Positions 46,755 through 55,938 of a stretch of 64,000 bases of DNA are shown piece after piece (within the stretch, counting starts at the first letter, position 1; each line of letters begins with the position of its first letter). This DNA is from a virus (taxonomy: Duplodnaviria > Caudoviricetes): the IMG/VR virus record IMGVR_UViG_3300028603_000017, positions 64,001 through 128,000 of that record. The stretch is one strand, 5' to 3'. Both the position numbers and the translations under genes were made by a program. The notes below the pieces were generated by a model. The model was not told the origin of the DNA. It worked only from the letters and a program-made list of their open reading frames with translations, and searched no databases.

Positions 46755-47605
46755 TTCAGTAGATCCTCTGTAATAGTGTCCTCCATGTTGGGGACAATGT
46801 TGAAAATTGTAATTAGTTTAAAGTAAACAATTGCAATTGCCTCAGCGCACTTAGCTACCGCATAGGAGCCTTCTGAAAGTGATTTTAAGGCTTCAGGAGA
46901 AAGACTTTGAATTCTATCGCCTTCAATTTGTTTGATGACAGAATCCAATAGTTCAGAGATTTGCTCAATCTCAGTTTTGATTTTCTTAATATCTAAAGTC
47001 TTAAAACTAGGATTAAGTCTTTGATACTCAGTAAATACTTTTTTAACTTCTTGAGGGTTTTCAAAAACACTCTCAAATGGTTGATAAGCTATGTGAGAGC
47101 CAGAGTCAAACAATTGAGCAATATCGCTGACTAGCTTTTGTGTATCATTAGTCGTTTTATTTGCTACTTTTGTCATATCCAGTAAAGATTTCTTTGCATC
47201 TTTATTGGTAACAAAGTTCGCCAAATACTTTTTATATTCTTGAATATAAGGCAGTAATTGAGAATTAATGACAGTCAAAGATGTGTCTACTACACCAAAT
47301 GTTTTTAAGAGATTTCCTCTATAACCTTCTGGCGTATTTAGTCTTACAGACTTGAGTTTTTCATAATCTGTTTTAGAAACTATGTCTAGTATAATATATT
47401 GAGATTTCGTAAATTCTTTCTTTTTGACAGTTTTACTAAAATCTACTGCACTAATTAAAGAATTAAAACTCTTTACAATAGAGGGAAAGTATTGTTTTGC
47501 CAGTTGAGTAGCATTAGCAATAAAGCTAGCTTCTAGAGCAATAGCTTCCATTGCAGTGCTATAACTCACCATTGCTGGCTCAGGTTGCATGGTCAGTTTA
47601 CGCAT
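46751..47605 (-). CDS. Virion (head) protein, 284 aa, divergent from recA
   Basis: N-terminal AMEAIALE processing-type motifs, PEGYRG motif, helical composition, gene order. Confidence 0.55.
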   Translation of the reverse strand: MRKLTMQPEPAMVSYSTAMEAIALEASFIANATQLAKQYFPSIVKSFNSLISAVDFSKTVKKKEFTKSQYIILDIVSKTDYEKLKSVRLNTPEGYRGNLLKTFGVVDTSLTVINSQLLPYIQEYKKYLANFVTNKDAKKSLLDMTKVANKTTNDTQKLVSDIAQLFDSGSHIAYQPFESVFENPQEVKKVFTEYQRLNPSFKTLDIKKIKTEIEQISELLDSVIKQIEGDRIQSLSPEALKSLSEGSYAVAKCAEAIAIVYFKLITIFNIVPNMEDTITEDLLK

Positions 47606-47725
47606 TATATCGCCTTAATAGAATTCTGTGAAGATAATTAAAATCACTTCTATACCATTTAATTGGATTTTTTACTGGCTAAGTTAATTGATTGTAACAT
47701 ATTCTAACCAAACCCAATTCTTATT

Positions 47726-49162
47726 ATGGATCTGAGACCTAAATTTAACACAACACCACCTGTTAAAGTGATGTTTAATATTGGTGCTTGCATGGATATT
47801 CCTACGGGTGAATATTTAACAGGTAAATATGGAGAGAGTATTTTAAATGGTGGATTAGGTTTTGTTACAGGTATGGTAGGTACTGGTAACAACTTTAAAT
47901 CCACCATCAGTCACTATATGGTTTTATCTGCCATGAGTAAGATTTGGTGGTCAGTTAAATCTGCTCTATCTACTTATGATACTGAAATTAATATCCATGA
48001 ATCTCGTCTTAAATATTTCGTTAATCAGTTTCCTGAATTCGAAGGAATGGATCTGATTGACAACAGCTATTGGATTATTACTGACAGATCTAAGTACTAT
48101 GCCAATGAGTGGTATGAGATCTATAAGGAGCACTTGAAAGACAAAGTCAAGAATGCTGACAAGTATTCGGTTGTCACACCTTTCTTAGATAGAGACAAAA
48201 ACAATCTTAAGATCATTGCGCCTACTTTTACAGAAGTCGATAGTTTCTCCAGATTTGAAACTGAAGATGTAGGTAAGCTCCAAGATGATAACGAGTTAGG
48301 TGAGTCTGGTGGTAATACTATCCACATGCGACAAGGTCTAGCTAAAAAGCGTTTCTTGATGGAAGCACCTACTTTGACAGCCAGCTCTTACAACTACCTG
48401 ATATTAACAGCTCATGTAGGTAAAGAAATTCAGATGGCCACTGGTCCTATGGCTCCGCCTCCTACCAAGAAATTGCATTATCTCAAGAATGGTGATAAGC
48501 TCAAAGGTGTCACGGACGATTTCTTTTTCTTAACACATAACTGCTGGCAGGCTGTTAAGACCGAGATCTTGATGAATCAAAACACCAAAGCACCTGAGTA
48601 TCCTAAAGATGCAAACGATGATTTGGCAGGTGATACCGATTTGAATGCTGTGACTCTTAGACAGCTCAGGAGCAAGTCAGGTCCGTCAGGCTATCAGATT
48701 GAAGTTATTGTGTCTCAGAGAGACGGCGTACTACCTTCTATGACTGAGTTTCACAATATCAAAAACTCTGGTAGATTTGGTATTTCTGGTACATTACAAC
48801 ACTACAGTCTAGATCTATATCCTGATAAGAAAGTACAAAGAACAACCGTACGATCTGTCATTGATAGTGATCCTAAATTTCGCAGAGCTTTGAATATTAC
48901 CTCAGAACTGCTTCAGATCTATAACTTCTACAATCATTACGAGGAAGGCTTTGTTTGCTCTCCTAAGGTATTGTACGACGATCTGAAAGAAAAAGGTTAT
49001 GATTGGGATATTCTACTACAAACTCGTTCGTATTGGACGATTAATAATGATAAGCATCCTGTACCGTTTCTCTCTACTATGGACTTGCTAAATATGCGAG
49101 CAGGTACCTATCATCCCTATTGGTTAGATTCTGATAAGAAAACTATTAAGAAACCCAAATGA
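47726..49162 (+). CDS. uvsX: RecA/UvsX-like recombinase (phiKZ gp152-like)
   Basis: NIGACMDIPTG, variant Walker A GTGNNFKST, YDTE, Walker B TEVDSFS, LTAHVG and RSKSGPSG motifs. Confidence 0.88.
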   Translation: MDLRPKFNTTPPVKVMFNIGACMDIPTGEYLTGKYGESILNGGLGFVTGMVGTGNNFKSTISHYMVLSAMSKIWWSVKSALSTYDTEINIHESRLKYFVNQFPEFEGMDLIDNSYWIITDRSKYYANEWYEIYKEHLKDKVKNADKYSVVTPFLDRDKNNLKIIAPTFTEVDSFSRFETEDVGKLQDDNELGESGGNTIHMRQGLAKKRFLMEAPTLTASSYNYLILTAHVGKEIQMATGPMAPPPTKKLHYLKNGDKLKGVTDDFFFLTHNCWQAVKTEILMNQNTKAPEYPKDANDDLAGDTDLNAVTLRQLRSKSGPSGYQIEVIVSQRDGVLPSMTEFHNIKNSGRFGISGTLQHYSLDLYPDKKVQRTTVRSVIDSDPKFRRALNITSELLQIYNFYNHYEEGFVCSPKVLYDDLKEKGYDWDILLQTRSYWTINNDKHPVPFLSTMDLLNMRAGTYHPYWLDSDKKTIKKPK

Positions 49163-49509
49163 ATAACGAACCTCAACCCCAAATAGCAGAGCCTGTACCT
49201 GTTACTTACGATATTTGTTTAATTGAGCATGTCTCTAATAAACTAAGATCTGTAGGTCTGATTCAACAATGTAATGAAGCTTTCTTAGCTCATCCATTAA
49301 TTGCTGATTCTATTGGTAAAGATCCTTTTACACAAAGAAATAATCTTAATATTTACTTTCTATACCAGCTAGCTAGTTATGGCTCAGAGAGTATGGAAGC
49401 TAGATACTGCTTAATCAATGATGGGAAAGTCAGAGAATGGGCAAGACTATTCGACACTCAGGTCCTACCATTTCTGATCAGCAAGAATTTACCAAAAGTT
49501 ATTCACTGA
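49159..49509 (+). CDS. Hypothetical protein (116 aa)
   Basis: ATGA overlap with the recA stop. Confidence 0.65.
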   Translation: MNNEPQPQIAEPVPVTYDICLIEHVSNKLRSVGLIQQCNEAFLAHPLIADSIGKDPFTQRNNLNIYFLYQLASYGSESMEARYCLINDGKVREWARLFDTQVLPFLISKNLPKVIH

Positions 49510-49823
49510 GTAGAATCATTGTTTTAAAGTCTTTCTTGGAGATACATATAGGCACTATAGAGTATCTCCAATTAAGAAACCATATTAACGATTTGTCAGA
49601 TGAACCTACTGTTTTTATTGTTAAAGATAAAGACAAAAAATCACTAAATACTGCAAAAACAATTAGCTCTAGAGTAGACGTATTGAGTTTAGATGAAATA
49701 AAACAATTGAACAAACACAGCACTACAGTTTTGTTTGTAACCGGTAAATATACTCCTAAGGTACAGAAAATAATTGAAATCATCTGTAACAGAGTATTGT
49801 CTAAATCAATATTGGTAGTGTAA
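49506..49823 (+). CDS. Hypothetical protein; start uncertain (CTG at 49506 or ATG at 49437)
   Basis: The frame fills the gap between two operon genes and ends 2 nt before the RNAP gene start. Confidence 0.5.
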   Translation: MSRIIVLKSFLEIHIGTIEYLQLRNHINDLSDEPTVFIVKDKDKKSLNTAKTISSRVDVLSLDEIKQLNKHSTTVLFVTGKYTPKVQKIIEIICNRVLSKSILVV

Positions 49824-49825
49824 TT

Positions 49826-50491
49826 ATGGCAAATCGTAAAGCTGCTCAGGCATTTATTCTAGAGTATATTGAAAAATTAATGCCTAATAGCCAAAATACA
49901 AAGATCTATTCTGATATGTTCAGTAAAATGACTGATTCAGAATTTGATGCTTTCATGATGAAATTAAAGGAAGGTAAATCTAACTTAGCTATTATTGCTC
50001 CTAACTTTGGTAAACAAAAACTAAAGGTAGAGAGAAATTTACAAATAGCTAAAGAGTTAGGTCATAACTTCTTCCAAAGAATCTGGATTGATGGTAAAGG
50101 TGAAAGACCCAAATACCTCACACCTATTCCTTATATGGTAGTGGACCTTCCTTTGAGAAGACAAGCTCAGCTGCTTATTAAAAAGATTTCTATTCCTGAA
50201 GACAATAAAACTATTGATGGTTTGACTGGTCAACCCACTGGTAGTTCTAAGGGATCAAAGATCTCTTATCCCGAAATTCAAGTATTAGCTGCTATGGGTC
50301 TAGACGACAGCTTGCTAGAGCTGTTAAAGTTCAGAGGTGGTGATACCAAAGGCTTTATCGCAATGAATAAGATGATCAGTTTGCGAGGTGGTGTGAGTTT
50401 AAGAGCTATTGAAAGATTTGCTGGTGGAGTCGAGTCTACCAAGACACTAAAAGCATTTCTGACATCCATGCATCTATCTAATACGCTATAA
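49826..50491 (+). CDS. Virion RNA polymerase beta subunit, C-terminal part (phiKZ gp149-like)
   Basis: DGLTGQPTGSSKGSKISYPEIQVLAAMG...ELLKFRGGD corresponds to the beta C-terminal T-x-QP...G-x-x-x-x-x-x-E...EML-x-x-KSDD region. Confidence 0.85.
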   Translation: MANRKAAQAFILEYIEKLMPNSQNTKIYSDMFSKMTDSEFDAFMMKLKEGKSNLAIIAPNFGKQKLKVERNLQIAKELGHNFFQRIWIDGKGERPKYLTPIPYMVVDLPLRRQAQLLIKKISIPEDNKTIDGLTGQPTGSSKGSKISYPEIQVLAAMGLDDSLLELLKFRGGDTKGFIAMNKMISLRGGVSLRAIERFAGGVESTKTLKAFLTSMHLSNTL

Positions 50492-50494
50492 GCA

Positions 50495-51286
50495 ATGAAT
50501 GAGCAGATAAAAGGAATTTATATTGATTTAGACTCTATCTACGATACGCGACTTGGTTGTATTGCTGAGGTAGATCCTGAGTTGGTAAAGCTTGCTTTAG
50601 ATCAAGGATATCTAGATAGAAGAGCTGATAACTTTTCTTTTCTAAAGAATGAGACTTTTAAAGAGCTTTATAATAGTCGAAATATTGATACATTAAGAGT
50701 ATCTCCTTACACACAAATCTTTGACATACTTAATGCAGCTTGCAATAAGATGCTAAAGAATGCTATAGACTCTCCTGATCTTACAGGCGTAAAGCTCTAC
50801 ATCAATATTCATCCTTATAAATTATCGGATGAAGAAGCTAGTGATTTACTGGACTTGGTGGTGACCAGAACAAACAAACTAGTTCAGGTACAAATTGTTG
50901 ATTATTCTCAAGAAGAGCTGACATTCAGTCTTTGTAGAAAGTACTTTGATATTTTATTCATGTATGACTACAATAGCTTCTTAGAATATAACGTAGTTAA
51001 GAATGAGCACAAAAAAAGCACTCTTTACGATAGAATGTTAATTGCTCCTGAGATTTACTATAGGGAATTTTCTAAAACAGAGCTAGACGCTATGTATAGA
51101 AAAAATCCACTGATTAGTGGAAAGTCTATAGCTGACATTATGAAAATGACTGCATCTCCTGTAGTCATTTTAGAATTAATTGAAGCTAAACATTTCTCTG
51201 TAGACACTGAGCTTTATAAAAACGACTTTTATAAATCAGCTGAAAATCCTTCTGAGCAAACAGAATCTGACGTAAATGAGGCATAG
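50495..51286 (+). CDS. Conserved protein with HAD-like N-terminal motif (263 aa)
   Basis: IYIDLDSIYDTRLG resembles HAD motif I (hhhDxD-x-x-x-D); INIHPY motif. Confidence 0.5.
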   Translation: MNEQIKGIYIDLDSIYDTRLGCIAEVDPELVKLALDQGYLDRRADNFSFLKNETFKELYNSRNIDTLRVSPYTQIFDILNAACNKMLKNAIDSPDLTGVKLYINIHPYKLSDEEASDLLDLVVTRTNKLVQVQIVDYSQEELTFSLCRKYFDILFMYDYNSFLEYNVVKNEHKKSTLYDRMLIAPEIYYREFSKTELDAMYRKNPLISGKSIADIMKMTASPVVILELIEAKHFSVDTELYKNDFYKSAENPSEQTESDVNEA

Positions 51287-51321
51287 CTGCCTAGCCAGCT
51301 CAATGCTGGCTAGGCAGTATG
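51282..51321. terminator. CATA...TATG palindrome 12, convergent junction
   Basis: CATA-g-CTGCCTAGCCAGC-tcaat-GCTGGCTAGGCAG-TATG; the left CATAG supplies the TAG stop of the upstream gene. Confidence 0.7.
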
Positions 51322-51326
51322 ACGCA

Positions 51327-51758
51327 TTAGTCTTGCGTTGGTTTTGTAAAATGTTGTTTAGCAAAATCTTCGTAGGTAGTTGTAGAAGTACCTTGTATTA
51401 ATTCGTCAGGACTAACGGATGGCAGCTCAAAGCCATTAGGTATCTCAGGAATAGCTACATCATCACTAGGCGCATGCTGAACTTCAGAAACCTTTAGCGA
51501 TTTAAGTAAGTGCGCTACTACACCGGCAGCACCAGCAATATTAGAATTGGCTTTCTCATCGGCCTTAATTCTCTTATTAGTTAAAGCTGCTCTGTCCATA
51601 TCAGAGAGCACACCAGCTAATGTGGATATTTCCTTAATATCTTTAGGGACTTCCCCTCTTTCCATCATTGAGCTAACAATCTTCTTTCTAATACCGTGGG
51701 TATAGGATAAGATTTGGTCTTCGTTGATGGGCTCATTGTTTTGGACTTCTTGTTCCAT
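51327..51758 (-). CDS. Hypothetical protein (143 aa)
   Basis: Intact helical ORF ending at palindrome 12. Confidence 0.65.
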   Translation of the reverse strand: MEQEVQNNEPINEDQILSYTHGIRKKIVSSMMERGEVPKDIKEISTLAGVLSDMDRAALTNKRIKADEKANSNIAGAAGVVAHLLKSLKVSEVQHAPSDDVAIPEIPNGFELPSVSPDELIQGTSTTTYEDFAKQHFTKPTQD

Positions 51759-51856
51759 AGCAAAAAAACCTTCAGATGTTAAATTTATTTTTATTGTTCA
51801 TCACATGTAGTGATGCAAAAATAATAGATCATATATCATACTAATAGATAGGAAAT

Positions 51857-52378
51857 ATGTTTGATTCTATTAGAAAACTATTAGAGGATATAAAGAAAAG
51901 ACTATCTGTCTGGCTAATGAATCATTTTGTCTTCAAAGATAGTGATCCTTTAGTTAGGCAAGGTAGAACCTATATCCAGATGATTGATATGTTAGATTTA
52001 TCTAAAATCAACATTGGATTAAATTCCACTAATGAAAATATATATTCACCTAACGGTAATATCAAAACTGATGTAGAGGACTTAGCAAAGTTTATTAGTC
52101 AGATCAAGAACTTTAAAAATCAGAATTTAACATCTGCTTTTTTAGCTACTAATTCAGAGAATTTTAATATATCGAACTATTATACTACTGAAGAAAAGAA
52201 ACTGATAGACATTGTTGTCTATACCAAAAAACTCACGCAATATGCGTTAGAGTTAATCAAAATATACGAGGAGCTGTTATCGAGTAAAGATAGTGCTGAC
52301 GTTTATAAATTACATATCGTTAAAAAAGTTATTAACGAGTTACTACCATTACTAAGAGGATTATCCTCTATGAAATAA
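51857..52378 (+). CDS. Hypothetical protein (173 aa)
   Basis: AGGA RBS; first gene of a tightly packed + strand operon. Confidence 0.65.
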   Translation: MFDSIRKLLEDIKKRLSVWLMNHFVFKDSDPLVRQGRTYIQMIDMLDLSKINIGLNSTNENIYSPNGNIKTDVEDLAKFISQIKNFKNQNLTSAFLATNSENFNISNYYTTEEKKLIDIVVYTKKLTQYALELIKIYEELLSSKDSADVYKLHIVKKVINELLPLLRGLSSMK

Positions 52379-52385
52379 ATAAAAT

Positions 52386-52970
52386 ATGTCTGTCAAAGCC
52401 AAACGCAGAGCTAAGGCTCACGAGATACGCGGAACAAATGCTAGAGCTGTGCTCTCTAAACTGTTTCGCCGAATGTTGGTGTATGTAGCAGGTACCGTAA
52501 ATATCACAGAAGACAATATAGATAAAATCCCAATTGAGACTGCTACGTTCTTGGATCAAATGGTATCCAGTGGACGCTATGAGCAGCTCATGGTTAACTT
52601 TGTAAAAGATCCTAGAAACTGTATTCCTGACAGTAAGAAACTACAATCCAGCGCTAGAGGTAACTTACAAAAAGAGTTACTTAACTCTGGTATGAGCTGG
52701 AAAGTCTTTATCAAAGGAATGAGGTTTTTAGGTTTGGTTGGAATAGATATTCAAATCACAGCACATCACGCTAATGGTAAGAAGTCTATCCATAAGGAAC
52801 ATGTCAACTTAGGAAAACATATTGTACCTACAGGTATAATTACAACACCTACTAATGAGTTAGGCGGTCGCTTTCCTACTCCTCAACCTAGAATTGCTCC
52901 TTCGGATGAATTGAATAAAGATGTCAGCAGAGCCTGGGATATCAGTAACAGAAATAATAAAGATATTTAA
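52386..52970 (+). CDS. Conserved jumbo-phage hypothetical protein (194 aa, basic)
   Basis: LSKLFRRML and ARGNLQKEL...MSWKVFIKGMRFLG motifs; operon position. Confidence 0.65.
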   Translation: MSVKAKRRAKAHEIRGTNARAVLSKLFRRMLVYVAGTVNITEDNIDKIPIETATFLDQMVSSGRYEQLMVNFVKDPRNCIPDSKKLQSSARGNLQKELLNSGMSWKVFIKGMRFLGLVGIDIQITAHHANGKKSIHKEHVNLGKHIVPTGIITTPTNELGGRFPTPQPRIAPSDELNKDVSRAWDISNRNNKDI

Positions 52971-53409
52971 CCACTCTTTGGATAACGAGTTAAAAGTTCG
53001 TTATATCAATGAGCAGGACATTAAGCAAGAGATAGCTTTGCAGATTATAAAGCTATCTAAGATTTTGAGGCTATCAACTCTATTTACGAGAAATGGCTTA
53101 GAGTATATCACGGATTTCTTAGAAAAAGATCCGAAGTTCTTTAACTTCATCATTGATCTTACTGACGTATTTACCTTTAGGATTTGCGACATTAAGGATT
53201 TTGATGTAGAAAATAAATTGATAAAAGCTATCGCTGTATCAGCTTCATACAAATCTGATAAAAGCGATTTTGTGCTTTTTGGTGATAAATATAACAACAA
53301 CTTTTCATCTGTTCCTGATATTGTAGATGTGATTAAACACAATAGGTGGCTTATTTCTATCGCAATGATCAGATTCTTAGATGACCCTGAATCTATTGAG
53401 AAGAAATAA
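52921..53409 (+). CDS. Hypothetical protein (162 aa)
   Basis: Fills the gap in the + strand operon; start overlaps the previous gene by 50 nt. Confidence 0.55.
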   Translation: MSAEPGISVTEIIKIFNHSLDNELKVRYINEQDIKQEIALQIIKLSKILRLSTLFTRNGLEYITDFLEKDPKFFNFIIDLTDVFTFRICDIKDFDVENKLIKAIAVSASYKSDKSDFVLFGDKYNNNFSSVPDIVDVIKHNRWLISIAMIRFLDDPESIEKK

Positions 53410-53466
53410 TTATTCTCAATTTTCTTTTCTACTCTCAAGCCGTAAATATACTCAAGAGTTAAGACA

Positions 53467-54594
53467 ATGTCAAAGTACAATAGCGATAAAAATTCTGGTA
53501 AGAAGCATCAAAACCGTGAGCAAGGCCAAGGCTATTTTCAACAGCGTCGCCCCTTTAATCCTGCTTTCTCCGATAAGCTAAAAGGATTTAAGCCTAACAA
53601 TCACGTCAACTCGCTACCACGTCTGACAGACTATGATGGAGATGGGATTGATCACATCAATATCTATCATCGTCCTGAGACACCCCTAGGAAGGATTTTA
53701 TCTCCCTTTAACGAATCTCTTCCTTTCATTGATCGGTTCTTCGGTAAGTTTAAGTCTCGCCAAGGTCTGTATAACTATCTGCTCTCAGCCAATGGTGATG
53801 AAGCATTTAGGACCATGAACGCGAACTATATGCGTATTTACGCTGCTGAGCGTGCAAATATGCGTCCTTACTATCCTAACCTGAAATACTTCATGGCTAC
53901 TTCCCTGTGGAAGCAGATCAAGAATCAGGAGGAAATTCTAGAGCTGATCAAAGACAACCAATTACCTTTTGATGCTTACTATACTCACAATTACGTCGAA
54001 GATGGCAAAGTCTCTAAGATTAAGGCTCGACCAAATAGTGTAGGTGTTTGGCTAGTATCTATTGTCAATGTGATCTCGGATGCTGTTAAGAAAGGTGTTG
54101 AGCCTAACTTTGATAGATTCATTGATCGCGCTGAAGAGCTTAAGAAACTAGAAGACAAGATTGTCTCTGACTATGTAGCGCCTGCTGAGCCTGAGCAAAA
54201 ACAAGCACCGAAGGCTAAAAAGCAAAAGTTCAAGAAGGATAAGACAGTGCAAGAGCTGAAAGTTGACGACAAAGTCGCTGAAGCAATCATCAATGTTACG
54301 GACGCTAATGCGCTAACTAATACTGAAGGCTTGGTATCTGGCGTAACGAGTCCTGAAGAAGTAGCTCAGATTGCTAATGAAGCTATTACGGAAACCATTG
54401 TTGAGGATACGCTTAATGCTGTTAATGCTGTAGCACAAACTGACTCTACTGTGGCTGTCGATGAATCTTCTGATAACACTCAAGCTGTTCAAGAACAAGC
54501 TGGAACTGAGGCAACTCAAGCTCCAACTGAACAAAAACCTGATGCTGTTATCGTTGAAGATATTAACAAATCGGTGTTTTTGCCGAATGTATAA
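53467..54594 (+). CDS. NADAR-like domain protein with basic N-terminus and acidic disordered tail
   Basis: DGIDHINIY...LGRILSPF...PF...GKFKSRQGLY resembles the NADAR-fold start (LSNF...PF...G-x-x-F-x-S-x-E). Confidence 0.45.
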   Translation: MSKYNSDKNSGKKHQNREQGQGYFQQRRPFNPAFSDKLKGFKPNNHVNSLPRLTDYDGDGIDHINIYHRPETPLGRILSPFNESLPFIDRFFGKFKSRQGLYNYLLSANGDEAFRTMNANYMRIYAAERANMRPYYPNLKYFMATSLWKQIKNQEEILELIKDNQLPFDAYYTHNYVEDGKVSKIKARPNSVGVWLVSIVNVISDAVKKGVEPNFDRFIDRAEELKKLEDKIVSDYVAPAEPEQKQAPKAKKQKFKKDKTVQELKVDDKVAEAIINVTDANALTNTEGLVSGVTSPEEVAQIANEAITETIVEDTLNAVNAVAQTDSTVAVDESSDNTQAVQEQAGTEATQAPTEQKPDAVIVEDINKSVFLPNV

Positions 54595-54627
54595 TATCCA
54601 AAGTGTCTAATTAAGTGACTCTTTAAT

Positions 54628-54687
54628 CATACTAGGATACTGGGGGTCATCCCCCAGTATCCTAGCTATGTCCATATTTTTTTTTTT
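54628..54687. terminator. CATA...TATG palindrome 13 with T-tract
   Basis: CATA-CTAGGATACTGGGGG-tcat-CCCCCAGTATCCTAG-c-TATG, then a T run from 54677. Confidence 0.8.
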
Positions 54688-54702
54688 GTTTAAGGAAAAG
54701 CA

Positions 54703-55893
54703 ATGAGTGGAAAGCTTATTGAAACTACTTTCCAAACAGGACCAGACGATGATCTAGCTGCTGTTGATGTATATGAAGGCGGCGGTGGTGTAGAAAACAC
54801 CTATGACGATAAGCGAGCTCAAGCTATTGACAATATGGATATTGTTGGTGCTAGTGGCTCTAACAGTACCCAAGAAAGCTTTGCACCAGCTGGTGAAACT
54901 GGTTTTGACAATAGTGCTTTTGCTTCTCCTGAAGCTTTTGCTCGTATGGCAGGGGATACCAGTGCGTTAGTAGGTTATTTAAATAATCTATCTAATGCAG
55001 CTAAAGCATTATTTAATTTACGCCCTAGCCAATCTAGCGTTAGTGTTGGCTCTAATTCAGTAAAGCCTGTTGCTAATATAAAAGATATAAAAGCTGTTGT
55101 TAATATTATTAATAACTTATCCAGTAATAATTTTGATAATAAAGTAATTGATAAAGGCGCTAGCCAACAACTTATTACTAGTGCAGCAGTAACGGCTAGT
55201 AATAATGGTATTCATGGTGCTTATCAAGCACTGGTTAAGAATCCTAATTTAGACAGAACAGTATTAACAGATAGTGCTATTGATGCTATTGAGCAAACTG
55301 TTGCTGTTGGTAATTTAGGGATAGCTTTGGATGTTAGTCAGACAGAATTAATGGCTACCGTCATAGAAAAATCTCCTGCTATTATACAAGCTATTTTATC
55401 AACACCTACTTTAGTTGATATCAGTGAAAAAGATTCTGGTAAAGTATTTGGTACATTTTTAGACTCTTTTAATGCAGCTAATCCTAATTGGAATAAAACA
55501 ACCATCAATAATAATGAAATTACTGATTTAAAAGAATACAGTCTATCTAGGACAATGAGAGATTTGCTGTACAGTCAAGTCCTGAGTTTGCCCTTAACAG
55601 TTTATAAAGGAACCGATAGAACGCCTAACTCATCTATTGATTATGAATTAGATGATTTAACAAACGTTGATATTGTTCAAGCTATATATGGTAGTGATGT
55701 TTCTATAGAAACCATTAGTGAAATGAGTGCGCTGTGGAATAGTCCTGAGCATCAAAATAATATCAATAATCACAAATCCAGTAGCGATATGTATATTGGG
55801 TCTTTATTTAATAAACTAAGTGTGCAAGAAAGTATTGATAAACATTTTAGTTATATCAATGCCAAAACAAATTCGTTGGTATATAGAGCATAG
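54703..55893 (+). CDS. Putative virion structural protein (396 aa)
   Basis: AAGGA RBS; N-terminal FQTGPDDDLAAVDVY; S/N/A-rich helical protein next to tail genes. Confidence 0.5.
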   Translation: MSGKLIETTFQTGPDDDLAAVDVYEGGGGVENTYDDKRAQAIDNMDIVGASGSNSTQESFAPAGETGFDNSAFASPEAFARMAGDTSALVGYLNNLSNAAKALFNLRPSQSSVSVGSNSVKPVANIKDIKAVVNIINNLSSNNFDNKVIDKGASQQLITSAAVTASNNGIHGAYQALVKNPNLDRTVLTDSAIDAIEQTVAVGNLGIALDVSQTELMATVIEKSPAIIQAILSTPTLVDISEKDSGKVFGTFLDSFNAANPNWNKTTINNNEITDLKEYSLSRTMRDLLYSQVLSLPLTVYKGTDRTPNSSIDYELDDLTNVDIVQAIYGSDVSIETISEMSALWNSPEHQNNINNHKSSSDMYIGSLFNKLSVQESIDKHFSYINAKTNSLVYRA

Positions 55894-55896
55894 AGT

Positions 55897-55935
55897 CATA
55901 GCTCCAGGTAGGACTAGTCCTACCTGGAGCGTATG
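55897..55935. terminator. CATA...TATG palindrome 14, convergent junction
   Basis: CATA-GCTCCAGGTAGGACT|AGTCCTACCTGGAGC-g-TATG. Confidence 0.7.
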
Positions 55936-55938
55936 CTG

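Noticed and set aside
2695-50491. Introns, inteins or homing endonucleases in helicase, RNAP, RecA or capsid genes
   Set aside because: The ORFs are continuous and of expected size with no intein or HNH/LAGLIDADG motifs. Split RNAP subunits are normal for this phage group.
53001-53480. 159-aa - strand ORF
   Set aside because: Antisense to a gene in a contiguous + strand operon.
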